From: Bacillus subtilis subsp. subtilis str. 168
GTDB lineage: Bacteria > Bacillota > Bacilli > Bacillales > Bacillaceae
Assembly (NCBI RefSeq): GCF_000009045.1
Contig: NC_000964.3
Span: forward strand, 690,001 to 722,000
Direction of reading: 5' to 3'
DNA length: 32,000 nt
A model generated the notes under the pieces. It saw nothing but the letters and a program-made list of their open reading frames with translations, was not told the DNA's origin and did not search any database. This document shows positions 1-8,092 of the stretch, one piece after another (position 1 is the first letter of the stretch; each line of letters opens with the position of its first letter). Made by a program: the position numbers and the translations under genes.

Positions 1-342
1 AAAAACATTTTCCCTATTCAGGAAGGGGATCAGCATTTTAAGCACATGCTTCGGCATTTAGCCATCGCTCATTGTGATGCGGCAGACCCGATAAGCCGAT
101 ATGCACGGGAAGAGCTGGGAAAGCCATCTGTTCGCCAAGCTGATCAAGTTGTTGTCACGGGACAGTTAACGGAAGATATGCTGCACCTCGCAGAAATAGG
201 AGGCGGCCGGGTTACGGTGATACTGGCAAAAGAGAAAGATGCTGAGCTCTCTCAAGCTGAAAATGTCATGATTGAACGCATGATGAAACGCCAAATCAGA
301 GTTCGGATCATGAGGGGCGGGCGAGTTTCGCGTGTTGTTTAG
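1..342 (+). CDS. yeaD: 3' part of a DUF58-family protein (MoxR-ATPase-associated); the 5' end lies outside the window
   Basis: Frame 1 is open from base 1 to TAG 340-342, so the ATG at 46 is internal. It sits 21 nt upstream of yebA, consistent with the yeaC-yeaD-yebA arrangement I recall for B. subtilis. Confidence 0.7.
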   Translation, partial: KNIFPIQEGDQHFKHMLRHLAIAHCDAADPISRYAREELGKPSVRQADQVVVTGQLTEDMLHLAEIGGGRVTVILAKEKDAELSQAENVMIERMMKRQIRVRIMRGGRVSRVV

Positions 343-363
343 AAAGAGAGGTGACTGGTTCAC

Positions 364-2577
364 ATGCCGCACGATGATCACAAGGGAAGCCGTTTGAGCT
401 TGCTGTTATTTTATTTTCTGGCTTTTTTATTGCTGTGGGAGTGGCTTAGGCCGCTTGACAGTTTTACTGAAACGAAACATACAGGCTTTTTTAGTGTCTT
501 TATCGGCTTGACGTTTCTGCTGACTTTTTTCAGGATGAGGTGGTTTGTCACCGTTCCTTTTTGTGTCATATTTACATTGATCTCGATACACATCCTGTTT
601 TATCAAGGATCTATATTCGACTTGAGCTGGGTCAGCTCTTTTTTGCAGGATGTCTATCTGAATATCACGCTGATTCAATCAGGGCAATGGAATGACATGA
701 TTCCTTCATTTCGGACCCTGCTGTTTTTTGTGCTGCTGTGGCTGCTGGTCTATCTCCTGCATTATTGGGTGATTTACCAGAGAAGAATTTTGTTTTTCTT
801 TTTGATGACAGTAGCGTATATTACGATTCTTGATACCTTTACGCCATATGATGCCACTTTTGCCGTAATCCGTATCGTGCTGATCGGCTTCTTTATGCTG
901 GGCCTTTTATACTTGGAACGCATTAAGCTGATGGAAAGAATCACACTGCCAAAAACATCTGTCCTGAAATGGTTTCTTCCTTTATCTGTATTGGTTTTGG
1001 CTGCAACGGGATTCGGACTCGCCGCTCCAAAATCAGAGCCGGCTTGGCCTGATCCGGTGCCTTTTCTTAAAAAAATCACTCATCAAGACCGCGTGTCTGC
1101 AGGGGAAAGCAAAATCGGATACGGGAATCATGATGAATCACTCGGCGGCCCGTTCCAGCAGGATGCTACACCTGTTTTTACATGGCAGGGAAAAGAGCGT
1201 ACGTATTTCCGTGTGGAAACGAAGGACACGTATACCGGAAAAGGCTGGATTGAAACAGACACAGGCATGTCGTATCAGCTTAGCAATGGAAAAGTTGAAA
1301 ATCTGTGGTTTGACCATAAGGTTGCGACAGAGCGCCGCACCGTCCGTGTAAAAGTCGATAAGCACTACGGGTATAACCATCTGATGTATCCGATTGGTGC
1401 GGAAACCATTCAGCCAAAGCAGGCTGTCTCACTTGAAATGAACGGCAACACGGAGCAAATTTCTCCGATCAGTGAACAAGCCGGTGAAATCAGAAATATG
1501 GGGAATTATACAGTAACGTACAATTCCCCGGTCTATAAGCTGGATGAACTGAGAAAGGTAAAAGTGAGAAAAAACAGTGAGGAGTACACATTCAGCGATC
1601 GCTACATGCAGCTTCCAGATTCACTGCCAGAGCGGGTGAGAACCCTTGCGATCAAACTGACTCAGGATCACGACAATATGTTTGATAAGGTGAAAGCGGT
1701 TGAGGACTATTTAGGGTCAAATGCGTTCACATATGAAACAGAAAACGTGACCATTCCGAAGAATGATGAAGATTATGTCGATCAATTTCTCTTTGAAACG
1801 AAAATGGGTTATTGTGATAACTTTTCTTCCGCCATGGTGGTGCTCTTGCGCTCGGCCGGCATTCCGGCCCGCTGGGTAAAGGGTTATACGTCCGGCGAAT
1901 ACAAAGAAGCAGGGAACAAAAATGGCAGCATTTACGAAGTGACAAATAACAATGCCCATTCCTGGGTAGAGGTGTATTTCCCGGAACAGGGCTGGGTTAC
2001 ATTTGAGCCGACTAAAGGGTTTACAAATCCGGCTCAATTTACATCTTCTGACACAAAAGACTCTGGCAGCGATAGCAGCAGCTCGCCGAAGAAAGCAAAA
2101 GAGAAACAGAAAGAAGAGAAAAAACAGCCGCAAAAAGAGGAAAAACAAAAGGAAAAGCGGGAGCCAGCTGTTTCTAAAAAGCCGTCCGCTTCGCATACTA
2201 ATGCCGGTGCGGGCTTGTATGCAGCGCTTGCGGTTCTTGCAGTCCTCCTGGTGGCAGCTGTATTGCTGTATGTTTTCCGCTCGTTATGGATTCCTGTTTT
2301 CGCCGTGAGGAAATTGAAGCGGCGCAGTGATCAGCACGCGTTTTTTGAGGCATATGGCGCGCTGCTGAAACAACTGAAGAGAAAAGGACTGCCGAAACGA
2401 GACAGTGAAACGCTGCGTGATTATGCAAAACGAATTGATGAAAAATACGACATAGAAGACATGTCAAAGCTGACATTAAGCTATGAAAGGGCGCTTTACA
2501 GAAATGAAGATTCTTCGGCGCTATGGAATGATTCGAGAGAGTTATGGGAAAATTTAATTAAAAGAAGATGGTCTTGA
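364..2577 (+). CDS. yebA: Membrane transglutaminase-like (cysteine-protease fold) protein
   Basis: 737-aa ORF with RBS GAGAGGTG 345-353. It has an N-terminal multi-TM block and a transglutaminase-like core (GYCDNFSS Cys484, NAHSWVEVY His532, GWVTFEPT). A Lys/Glu-rich linker, one further TM and a C-terminal tail follow. Confidence 0.9.
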   Translation: MPHDDHKGSRLSLLLFYFLAFLLLWEWLRPLDSFTETKHTGFFSVFIGLTFLLTFFRMRWFVTVPFCVIFTLISIHILFYQGSIFDLSWVSSFLQDVYLNITLIQSGQWNDMIPSFRTLLFFVLLWLLVYLLHYWVIYQRRILFFFLMTVAYITILDTFTPYDATFAVIRIVLIGFFMLGLLYLERIKLMERITLPKTSVLKWFLPLSVLVLAATGFGLAAPKSEPAWPDPVPFLKKITHQDRVSAGESKIGYGNHDESLGGPFQQDATPVFTWQGKERTYFRVETKDTYTGKGWIETDTGMSYQLSNGKVENLWFDHKVATERRTVRVKVDKHYGYNHLMYPIGAETIQPKQAVSLEMNGNTEQISPISEQAGEIRNMGNYTVTYNSPVYKLDELRKVKVRKNSEEYTFSDRYMQLPDSLPERVRTLAIKLTQDHDNMFDKVKAVEDYLGSNAFTYETENVTIPKNDEDYVDQFLFETKMGYCDNFSSAMVVLLRSAGIPARWVKGYTSGEYKEAGNKNGSIYEVTNNNAHSWVEVYFPEQGWVTFEPTKGFTNPAQFTSSDTKDSGSDSSSSPKKAKEKQKEEKKQPQKEEKQKEKREPAVSKKPSASHTNAGAGLYAALAVLAVLLVAAVLLYVFRSLWIPVFAVRKLKRRSDQHAFFEAYGALLKQLKRKGLPKRDSETLRDYAKRIDEKYDIEDMSKLTLSYERALYRNEDSSALWNDSRELWENLIKRRWS

Positions 2578-2602
2578 CCGCTTATCGACGTGTTGTTAGA
2601 AT
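2574..2602 (+). promoter_or_regulatory. Predicted sigma-A promoter for guaA: TTGACC, 17-nt spacer, TAGAAT
   Basis: The -35 TTGACC 2574-2579 overlaps the yebA stop codon. A 17-nt spacer separates it from the -10 TAGAAT 2597-2602. The predicted start is near 2609. Confidence 0.6.
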
Positions 2603-2664
2603 TAGTGAATATTATCGGAGTCTGGGAGCGAGTTGGCCTGACTCCGGCAAACGGCCTTGCCAAA

Positions 2665-2702
2665 GAGGGCGGAGCGAGCTTCATATCTGTCCTCGTTTTT
2701 TT
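2665..2702 (+). terminator. Intrinsic-terminator-like hairpin plus T7 inside the guaA leader; it may also terminate yebA
   Basis: GAGGGCGG 2665-2672 pairs with CTGTCCTC 2687-2694 (8 bp, two G-U pairs, 14-nt loop). T7 follows at 2696-2702. Confidence 0.5.
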
Positions 2703-2739
2703 CTGTGTCAAAAAACTTAGAGGAGATTAGGTGACAACC

Positions 2740-4281
2740 ATGACAAAGTTAGTGAATGAAATGATTCTTGTCCTTGATTTCGGCAGTCAGTATAACCAGC
2801 TGATTACACGCCGTATCCGTGAATTCGGTGTTTACAGCGAGCTGCATCCACATACATTGACGGCTGAAGAAATTAAAAAAATGAATCCAAAAGGAATTAT
2901 TTTATCCGGCGGTCCAAACAGTGTGTATGATGAAAACTCTTTCCGCTGTGACGAGAAAATCTTCGAGCTTGATATTCCTGTTTTGGGAATTTGCTACGGC
3001 ATGCAGCTGATGACTCATTACCTTGGCGGTAAAGTTGAAGCGGCAAGCCAGCGTGAATACGGAAAAGCAAACATCCGCATCGAAGGCACACCTGATTTGT
3101 TCAGAGATCTTCCGAATGAACAAGTGGTTTGGATGAGCCACGGCGATTTGGTTGTAGAAGTTCCTGAAGGCTTCACTGTTGACGCGACAAGCCATCACTG
3201 CCCGAACTCAGCAATGAGCAAAGCGGACAAAAAATGGTATGGCGTTCAGTTCCACCCGGAAGTGCGCCACTCTGAATACGGCAATGATCTTCTGAAAAAC
3301 TTTGTATTCGGTGTTTGCGAATGCGAAGGCGAATGGTCAATGGAGAACTTTATCGAAATCGAAATGCAAAAAATCCGTGAAACGGTCGGAGACAAACAGG
3401 TTCTTTGCGCGCTAAGCGGCGGCGTTGATTCCTCTGTTGTTGCTGTTTTGATTCATAAAGCGATCGGCGACCAGCTGACTTGTATCTTTGTAGACCATGG
3501 TCTTCTCCGTAAAGGCGAAGCTGAGGGTGTTATGAAAACATTCAGCGAAGGCTTTAACATGAATGTGATTAAAGTAGACGCAAAAGATCGATTCTTAAAC
3601 AAACTAAAAGGCGTTTCTGATCCTGAGCAAAAACGCAAAATCATCGGTAATGAATTCATTTACGTGTTTGATGATGAAGCGGACAAGCTCAAAGGCATCG
3701 ACTACCTTGCACAAGGTACGCTTTACACAGATATCATCGAGAGCGGTACAGCAACGGCGCAAACGATCAAATCTCACCACAATGTCGGCGGACTTCCTGA
3801 AGACATGCAGTTTGAGCTGATCGAGCCGTTAAATACGCTCTTCAAAGACGAAGTGCGCGCGCTTGGCACAGAGCTCGGCATTCCGGATGAAATCGTATGG
3901 CGTCAGCCGTTCCCAGGACCGGGACTCGGAATCCGCGTTCTTGGCGAAGTAACAGAAGAAAAACTTGAAATCGTTCGTGAATCAGATGCAATCTTGCGTG
4001 AAGAAATTGCAAATCACGGCTTAGAGCGTGATATCTGGCAATACTTCACTGTTCTTCCTGACATCCGCAGCGTTGGTGTTATGGGTGACGCAAGAACATA
4101 TGATTACACAATCGGAATCCGCGCCGTTACATCAATCGACGGCATGACATCTGACTGGGCGCGTATCCCGTGGGATGTGCTTGAAGTCATTTCGACACGT
4201 ATCGTAAACGAAGTGAAGCACATTAACCGCGTGGTGTATGATATTACAAGTAAGCCGCCTGCGACGATTGAGTGGGAATAA
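2740..4281 (+). CDS. guaA: GMP synthase (glutamine-hydrolysing)
   Basis: 513 aa from ATG 2740. The ORF track starts at the in-frame GTG 2731, and the SD AGGAG is at 2721-2725. Motifs are the class-I GATase GICYGMQ, the ATP-pyrophosphatase P-loop SGGVDSS and the conserved C-terminus KPPATIEWE. Confidence 0.97.
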   Translation: MTKLVNEMILVLDFGSQYNQLITRRIREFGVYSELHPHTLTAEEIKKMNPKGIILSGGPNSVYDENSFRCDEKIFELDIPVLGICYGMQLMTHYLGGKVEAASQREYGKANIRIEGTPDLFRDLPNEQVVWMSHGDLVVEVPEGFTVDATSHHCPNSAMSKADKKWYGVQFHPEVRHSEYGNDLLKNFVFGVCECEGEWSMENFIEIEMQKIRETVGDKQVLCALSGGVDSSVVAVLIHKAIGDQLTCIFVDHGLLRKGEAEGVMKTFSEGFNMNVIKVDAKDRFLNKLKGVSDPEQKRKIIGNEFIYVFDDEADKLKGIDYLAQGTLYTDIIESGTATAQTIKSHHNVGGLPEDMQFELIEPLNTLFKDEVRALGTELGIPDEIVWRQPFPGPGLGIRVLGEVTEEKLEIVRESDAILREEIANHGLERDIWQYFTVLPDIRSVGVMGDARTYDYTIGIRAVTSIDGMTSDWARIPWDVLEVISTRIVNEVKHINRVVYDITSKPPATIEWE

Positions 4282-4295
4282 GAATCAATTAATGG

Positions 4296-4340
4296 AAACC
4301 ATCTTTTTGGCAATTTTGCCGGGAAGATGGTTTTATTTGT
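4296..4340 (+). terminator. guaA intrinsic terminator
   Basis: AAACCATCTT 4296-4305 pairs with AAGATGGTTT 4324-4333, with an inner GGCAA/TTGCC stem. A T-rich tract follows. Confidence 0.8.
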
Positions 4341-4342
4341 TT

Positions 4343-4384
4343 ATTACGAACAAAATCCGATTTTGCGCGACTATTGTTCGCTTT
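4343..4384 (+). promoter_or_regulatory. PurR operator: inverted PurBox pair upstream of pbuG
   Basis: CGAAC core at 4347-4351 and inverted GTTCG core at 4376-4380, 24 nt apart in A/T-rich context. The downstream core ends 9 nt before the -35 hexamer, the same geometry as at the pur operon. Confidence 0.75.
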
Positions 4385-4389
4385 TTGTA

Positions 4390-4418
4390 TTGTTTTTTCA
4401 AAATGAACTTGGTACAAT
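4390..4418 (+). promoter_or_regulatory. pbuG sigma-A promoter
   Basis: TTGTTT 4390-4395, a 17-nt spacer, then the extended -10 TGgTACAAT (TG 4410-4411, TACAAT 4413-4418). Confidence 0.7.
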
Positions 4419-4442
4419 AGACACAGAAATCAAATAAGATGA

Positions 4443-4608
4443 ATTCGTATAATCGCGGGAATATGGCTCGCAAGTCTCTACCAAGCTACCGTAAATGGCT
4501 TGACTACGTAAACATTTCTTTCGTTTGATATAAATAAAACACGGTTATTTATTCAAACTGAAATCCGTCTGTAGTCAAGCGTCCCAAAATGTATTGGGAC
4601 GTTTTTTA
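4443..4608 (+). promoter_or_regulatory. Guanine/hypoxanthine (G-box) purine riboswitch with terminator expression platform
   Basis: The aptamer at ~4443-4511 reads CGUAUAAUCGCGGGAAUAUGGCUCGCAAGUCUCUACCAAGCUACCGUAAAUGGCUUGACUACG. The specificity position is C (GACUA), so it is guanine type. The antiterminator GTAGTCAAGC 4571-4580 is the exact complement of GCTTGACTAC 4498-4507. The terminator is AGCGTCCCAA/TTGGGACGTT 4578-4603 plus a T tract. Confidence 0.95.
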
Positions 4609-4661
4609 TTTGGCGTTTTCAGGACAGAATAAATAGCAAAGAGTGAAGGGAGTCAAATAGC

Positions 4662-5984
4662 TTGAAAACGTTTTTTCAGTTTGATGAGCTGGGCACCAGC
4701 TATCGCAATGAAATCATTGGCGGATTAACGACTTTTTTATCTATGGCATATATTTTGTTCGTCAATCCGATTACGCTTGCTTTGGAGAGCGTGAAAGATT
4801 TTCCGGAGGCGCTGAGAATTGACCAGGGTGCGGTCTTTACGGCGACAGCGCTGGCGTCTGCAGCAGGCTGTATCTTAATGGGATTAATAGCGAGATATCC
4901 GATTGCCATCGCGCCGGGTATGGGGCTGAACGCGTTTTTTGCGTTTTCTGTTGTCCTTGGTATGGGTATTTCATGGCAGGCAGCTTTGTCCGGTGTTTTT
5001 ATTTCAGGTCTTATTTTCGTTGCTCTTTCTTTAACAGGTTTTCGTGAAAAAATCATCAACGCCATTCCGCCTGAGCTGAAATTGGCAGTCGGTGCGGGGA
5101 TCGGCCTGTTTATTACATTTGTTGGATTACAAGGTTCAGGAATCATTACAGCGAATCCTTCTACGCTCGTCACGATCGGAAACATTCACAGCGGTCCTGT
5201 GCTGTTAACGATTTTCGGTGTGATTGTCACGGTTATTTTAATGGTGCTTCGCGTGAACGCAGGCGTGTTTATCGGGATGCTATTAACAGCGGTAGCCGGC
5301 ATGATTTTCGGTTTGGTTCCGGTTCCGACTCAAATTATCGGCAGTGTGCCAAGCCTTGCGCCGACTTTCGGACAAGCGTGGATTCACCTCCCGGATATTT
5401 TCTCTGTACAAATGCTGATCGTTATTTTAACATTCTTGTTTGTCGGATTTTTTGATACAGCTGGTACACTTGTTGCTGTGGCAACACAAGCTGGTTTAAT
5501 GAAGGAAAACAAATTGCCGCGTGCGGGCCGTGCGCTTTTAGCTGATTCATCTTCTATTGTGATCGGTGCCGTGCTTGGTACGTCTACAACAACTTCTTAC
5601 GTGGAATCAAGCTCAGGTGTCGCTGCGGGTGCCCGGTCAGGATTTGCCGCAATTGTAACAGGGATTCTCTTTTTACTGGCTACGTTTTTCTCGCCGCTCC
5701 TATCAGTCGTTACGTCAAATGTAACAGCGCCGGCGCTTATTATTGTTGGTGCATTGATGGTGGCGCCGCTTGGCAAAATCGCTTGGGATAAGTTCGAAGT
5801 GGCCGTTCCTGCTTTCCTTACCATGATCATGATGCCGTTAACGTACAGCATCGCGACTGGTATTGCCATCGGATTTATTTTCTATCCGATTACAATGGTG
5901 TGCAAAGGAAAAGCAAAAGAGGTTCATCCAATCATGTACGGGCTGTTTGTCGTATTTATCCTGTACTTTATCTTCTTAAAATAA
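4662..5984 (+). CDS. pbuG: Hypoxanthine/guanine permease (NCS2/AzgA family)
   Basis: 440 aa with a TTG start and RBS GAAGGGA 4645-4651. It is a polytopic membrane protein and sits directly behind a G-box riboswitch and PurBoxes. Confidence 0.95.
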   Translation: MKTFFQFDELGTSYRNEIIGGLTTFLSMAYILFVNPITLALESVKDFPEALRIDQGAVFTATALASAAGCILMGLIARYPIAIAPGMGLNAFFAFSVVLGMGISWQAALSGVFISGLIFVALSLTGFREKIINAIPPELKLAVGAGIGLFITFVGLQGSGIITANPSTLVTIGNIHSGPVLLTIFGVIVTVILMVLRVNAGVFIGMLLTAVAGMIFGLVPVPTQIIGSVPSLAPTFGQAWIHLPDIFSVQMLIVILTFLFVGFFDTAGTLVAVATQAGLMKENKLPRAGRALLADSSSIVIGAVLGTSTTTSYVESSSGVAAGARSGFAAIVTGILFLLATFFSPLLSVVTSNVTAPALIIVGALMVAPLGKIAWDKFEVAVPAFLTMIMMPLTYSIATGIAIGFIFYPITMVCKGKAKEVHPIMYGLFVVFILYFIFLK

Positions 5985-5990
5985 GGAATG

Positions 5991-6023
5991 AAAAACCAGC
6001 TGCACTGGCAGCTGGTTTTTTTG
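5991..6023 (+). terminator. pbuG intrinsic terminator
   Basis: CCAGCTGC 5996-6003 pairs with GCAGCTGG 6008-6015 around a 4-nt loop. It is flanked by an A5 run and a T7 run. Confidence 0.9.
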
Positions 6024-6194
6024 TTGCAAAAGATAAAACCATTTCATACGATATACCGTCATGTAGATGTGCCGCCATGCTTTACTTAAATGGAAATGAC
6101 TTGACTGTTCAGGAAGGCTTCGGTACCTTATATAAGTGTTTTATTTTCTTGCTGAATGGTATTCCGCCGTATTTTTTTGATAGGAGTTGCTGAC

Positions 6195-6998
6195 ATGACG
6201 GAAGAAAGAAAAGAAACGTTTGAAGAAGAAATTAACCAGAGTGAAAGAATAGATGCAGATGAAGAACCGCTATCGAGAATGTCCAGAAAGGCGAGCCGGC
6301 AAAGCAAGCAGAAGCAAAAACAAAAGCAGAAACCGCGCCAGGAACGCGGTGAATCAACTGTTAAAGACAAGCTTGCGTCTGTTTGGGCAGCCATCAACAG
6401 ATATTGCGGTTTTGCGTTCTCGATTTTAAAATCTCCGGCGAAAACTGTCGTAACGGATGGTTTTTCTCATTATAAGTACGGTCTGATTTCAATGCTTATA
6501 TTCAGTATCATTTTTTCAATTGGGAATTGGTTTCAGTTAAAGGCAAGCTGGAATCGGCCGCTCGGTTTCGGAGAACGCCATCATGCTTTCTATGACGGGT
6601 TTTTAGTTGTTCTTGTGTATTTGCTGATCTTTTTCGCGGTAATGGTCTTTGCTATATGGGCTGTCTCCCGCTATATGATGAAGCAGAAGGTGACGTTCAG
6701 AGAAGCGGCTGCCGTATTGGGTTCATTGCTTGTACCCGTAATTGCTGTTTCAATCCTTTGGCTGATCTTTGCGATCGTAAATATCCCAATGCTGACAGTA
6801 CTGTTTACGGTGCTGATCTTGTTTTCCATCTTTTTTATCATCGCGCTGTATGTACAGCGTGTGTACCAGGCGGCACAAGATGCACCAATTGATTATATCT
6901 ATTGTGTATTTGCAGTAGTTGCGATAGCGCTGCTGTTTACGGCAGTGACTTGGCCGTTTATTTCTGAATATATTACGGCGTCGTTGATTCCGCTTTAA
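6195..6998 (+). CDS. yebC: Uncharacterised integral membrane protein with a KQ-repeat cytoplasmic N-terminus
   Basis: 267 aa from ATG 6195, with SD TAGGAG 6181-6186 at 8-nt spacing. The ORF-track ATG 6156 has no SD. An N-terminal acidic/KQKQKQK segment is followed by about 5 hydrophobic helices. Confidence 0.85.
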   Translation: MTEERKETFEEEINQSERIDADEEPLSRMSRKASRQSKQKQKQKQKPRQERGESTVKDKLASVWAAINRYCGFAFSILKSPAKTVVTDGFSHYKYGLISMLIFSIIFSIGNWFQLKASWNRPLGFGERHHAFYDGFLVVLVYLLIFFAVMVFAIWAVSRYMMKQKVTFREAAAVLGSLLVPVIAVSILWLIFAIVNIPMLTVLFTVLILFSIFFIIALYVQRVYQAAQDAPIDYIYCVFAVVAIALLFTAVTWPFISEYITASLIPL

Positions 6999-7000
6999 TG

Positions 7001-7031
7001 AAAAAACCGGCTAATCCTAGCCGGTTTTTTT
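7001..7031 (+). terminator. yebC intrinsic terminator
   Basis: CCGGCTA 7007-7013 pairs with TAGCCGG 7018-7024. It is flanked by an A6 run and a T7 run. Confidence 0.9.
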
Positions 7032-7068
7032 ATGTCACACTTTTTACAAATATATCTAAAAAACATAG

Positions 7069-7097
7069 TTGATTTGTAGGATTAACCCGTGTATGAT
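7069..7097 (+). promoter_or_regulatory. Predicted sigma-A promoter for yebD
   Basis: TTGATT 7069-7074, a 17-nt spacer, then TATGAT 7092-7097. Confidence 0.55.
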
Positions 7098-7156
7098 GGG
7101 GAAAATGCTGAAAACGTCCAGCGCAAAAACCTTTATGTTTAAGGAGGATGATGGAC

Positions 7157-7324
7157 ATGGCTGATGTACTTCGCCGAGCAATTAACCAAAAGAAGCAATT
7201 TTTAAAAACCAAATTACTGCTCTCGGAATTTTATCAAGGAAGAGGGGAACAGCTTGCTGACTACACGCTGAGTGAGCTTGAGAAAGAATACAAGTCCCTT
7301 CAGAAAATGAAAAAAGAGATCTGA
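7157..7324 (+). CDS. yebD: Small basic 55-aa protein; absent from the ORF track because it is under 60 aa
   Basis: Strong SD AAGGAGG 7141-7147 lies 9 nt before ATG 7157, and the frame is open to TGA 7322-7324. The product is MADVLRRAINQKKQFLKTKLLLSEFYQGRGEQLADYTLSELEKEYKSLQKMKKEI. It is flanked by its own promoter and a weak terminator. The position matches yebD as I recall it. Confidence 0.65.
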   Translation: MADVLRRAINQKKQFLKTKLLLSEFYQGRGEQLADYTLSELEKEYKSLQKMKKEI

Positions 7325-7343
7325 CAATAGATATAAAGAGGTG

Positions 7344-7368
7344 AGTCTGCTGAAAAGCGGGCTTTTTT
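7344..7368 (+). terminator. Weak intrinsic terminator after yebD
   Basis: AGTCTGC 7344-7350 pairs with GCGGGCT 7357-7363 (7 bp including two G-U pairs, 6-nt loop). A T6 run follows. Confidence 0.45.
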
Positions 7369-7466
7369 GTTTTGATTTTGAAAAGGCGAGAAAGAGGGTA
7401 AACTACTACTGTTCAACACATAAAAGCGTGTCGAAATATTTTGCTTAAGCTTACGGGCGAAGCTGA

Positions 7467-7495
7467 TTGTAAACGGCTCATTTCTCTAGTAGAAT
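7467..7495 (+). promoter_or_regulatory. Predicted sigma-A promoter for yebE-yebG
   Basis: TTGTAA 7467-7472, a 17-nt spacer, then TAGAAT 7490-7495. Confidence 0.55.
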
Positions 7496-7537
7496 ATGAA
7501 TGCTTTGTGCAAGCTGAAGAGTAGGGGGATGAATAAA

Positions 7538-8092
7538 ATGATGCAAACCATCTTATCAAATGGGATAGCCATGGTTCTCATAATTCTCATTATTAATATT
7601 GTCTATGTGTCATTTTTTACGATAAGAATGATTTTAACGCTGAAAGGACAGCGTTATTTAGCGGCCGGCATCAGTACGATTGAAATACTGGTTTATGTGA
7701 CAGGACTGAGTCTGGTGCTCGATAACTTAGACCAGATTCAAAATGTGATCGCGTACGCGCTCGGTTACGGTCTTGGCGTAATTGTCGGCATGAAAATAGA
7801 AGAAAAATTGGCGCTTGGCTATATTATGGTCAATGTGATTACGAAGGAGCTCGATCTTGATCTTCCGAAGCAGCTCCGTGAAAAAGGCTACGGCGTGACA
7901 AACTGGGTGGCAGGCGGGCTTGAAGGCGACCGCACAGCCCTTCAGATCCTGACGCCGAGAAGATATGAACTCCAGCTATATGATACGATTAAAACACTTG
8001 ATTCAAAAGCCTTTATTATTGCGTACGAACCAAAAACAATCCACGGCGGCTTCTGGGTCAAAGCGGTGAAGAAGAGGAGAATTAAAGAATAA
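7538..8092 (+). CDS. yebE: UPF0316/DUF2179-family membrane protein
   Basis: 184 aa from ATG 7538, with SD AGGGGGA 7523-7529 (ORF-track start 7496 is further upstream). It has about 3 N-terminal TM helices and a soluble C-terminal domain. Confidence 0.88.

Noticed and set aside
1717-2196. 159-aa reverse-strand ORF, plus the overlapping 101-aa plus-strand ORF at 2003-2308, inside yebA.
   Set aside because: These are low-complexity mirrors (FLF/RKK repeats) of the Lys/Glu-rich coding stretch of yebA. They have no SD and are fully embedded in a well-supported gene.
2731-2739. 5'-extended ORF-track starts: guaA 2731, yebC 6156, yebE 7496, purE 8600, purC 11565, purF 15423, purM 16964, yecA 21968 and yerB 25283.
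   Set aside because: In each case a downstream in-frame start has a much better SD at 6-10 nt (14 nt for guaA, where the call rests on the remembered length). It also reproduces the protein length I recall for B. subtilis. Several extended starts lie inside the upstream gene or inside the SD itself.
6077-6193. 39-codon ATG ORF in the pbuG-yebC spacer (the tail of ORF 5900-6193), and an ATG ORF at 28436 in the yerD-pcrB spacer.
   Set aside because: Neither has a credible SD. Their composition is hydrophobic nonsense. Both lie in probable promoter DNA.
6298-6335. Short imperfect CAR-AAR repeat in yebA-like style (the KQKQKQ-coding run in yebC and the AAG/GAA-rich run at 2086-2163 in yebA), considered as tandem repeats or contingency loci.
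   Set aside because: The repeats are in-frame, imperfect and code for low-complexity linkers. They have no unit-length regularity or spacer structure, so they are neither CRISPR nor a clean microsatellite. They are only mentioned within the relevant findings.
7070-7084. Fur-box-like sequence (TGATTTGTAGGATTA) overlapping the yebD -35. I checked it because YebD resembles Fur-regulated small basic proteins.
   Set aside because: It matches the 7-1-7 consensus TGATAATnATTATCA at only about 9 of 14 informative positions, which is not distinguishable from chance.
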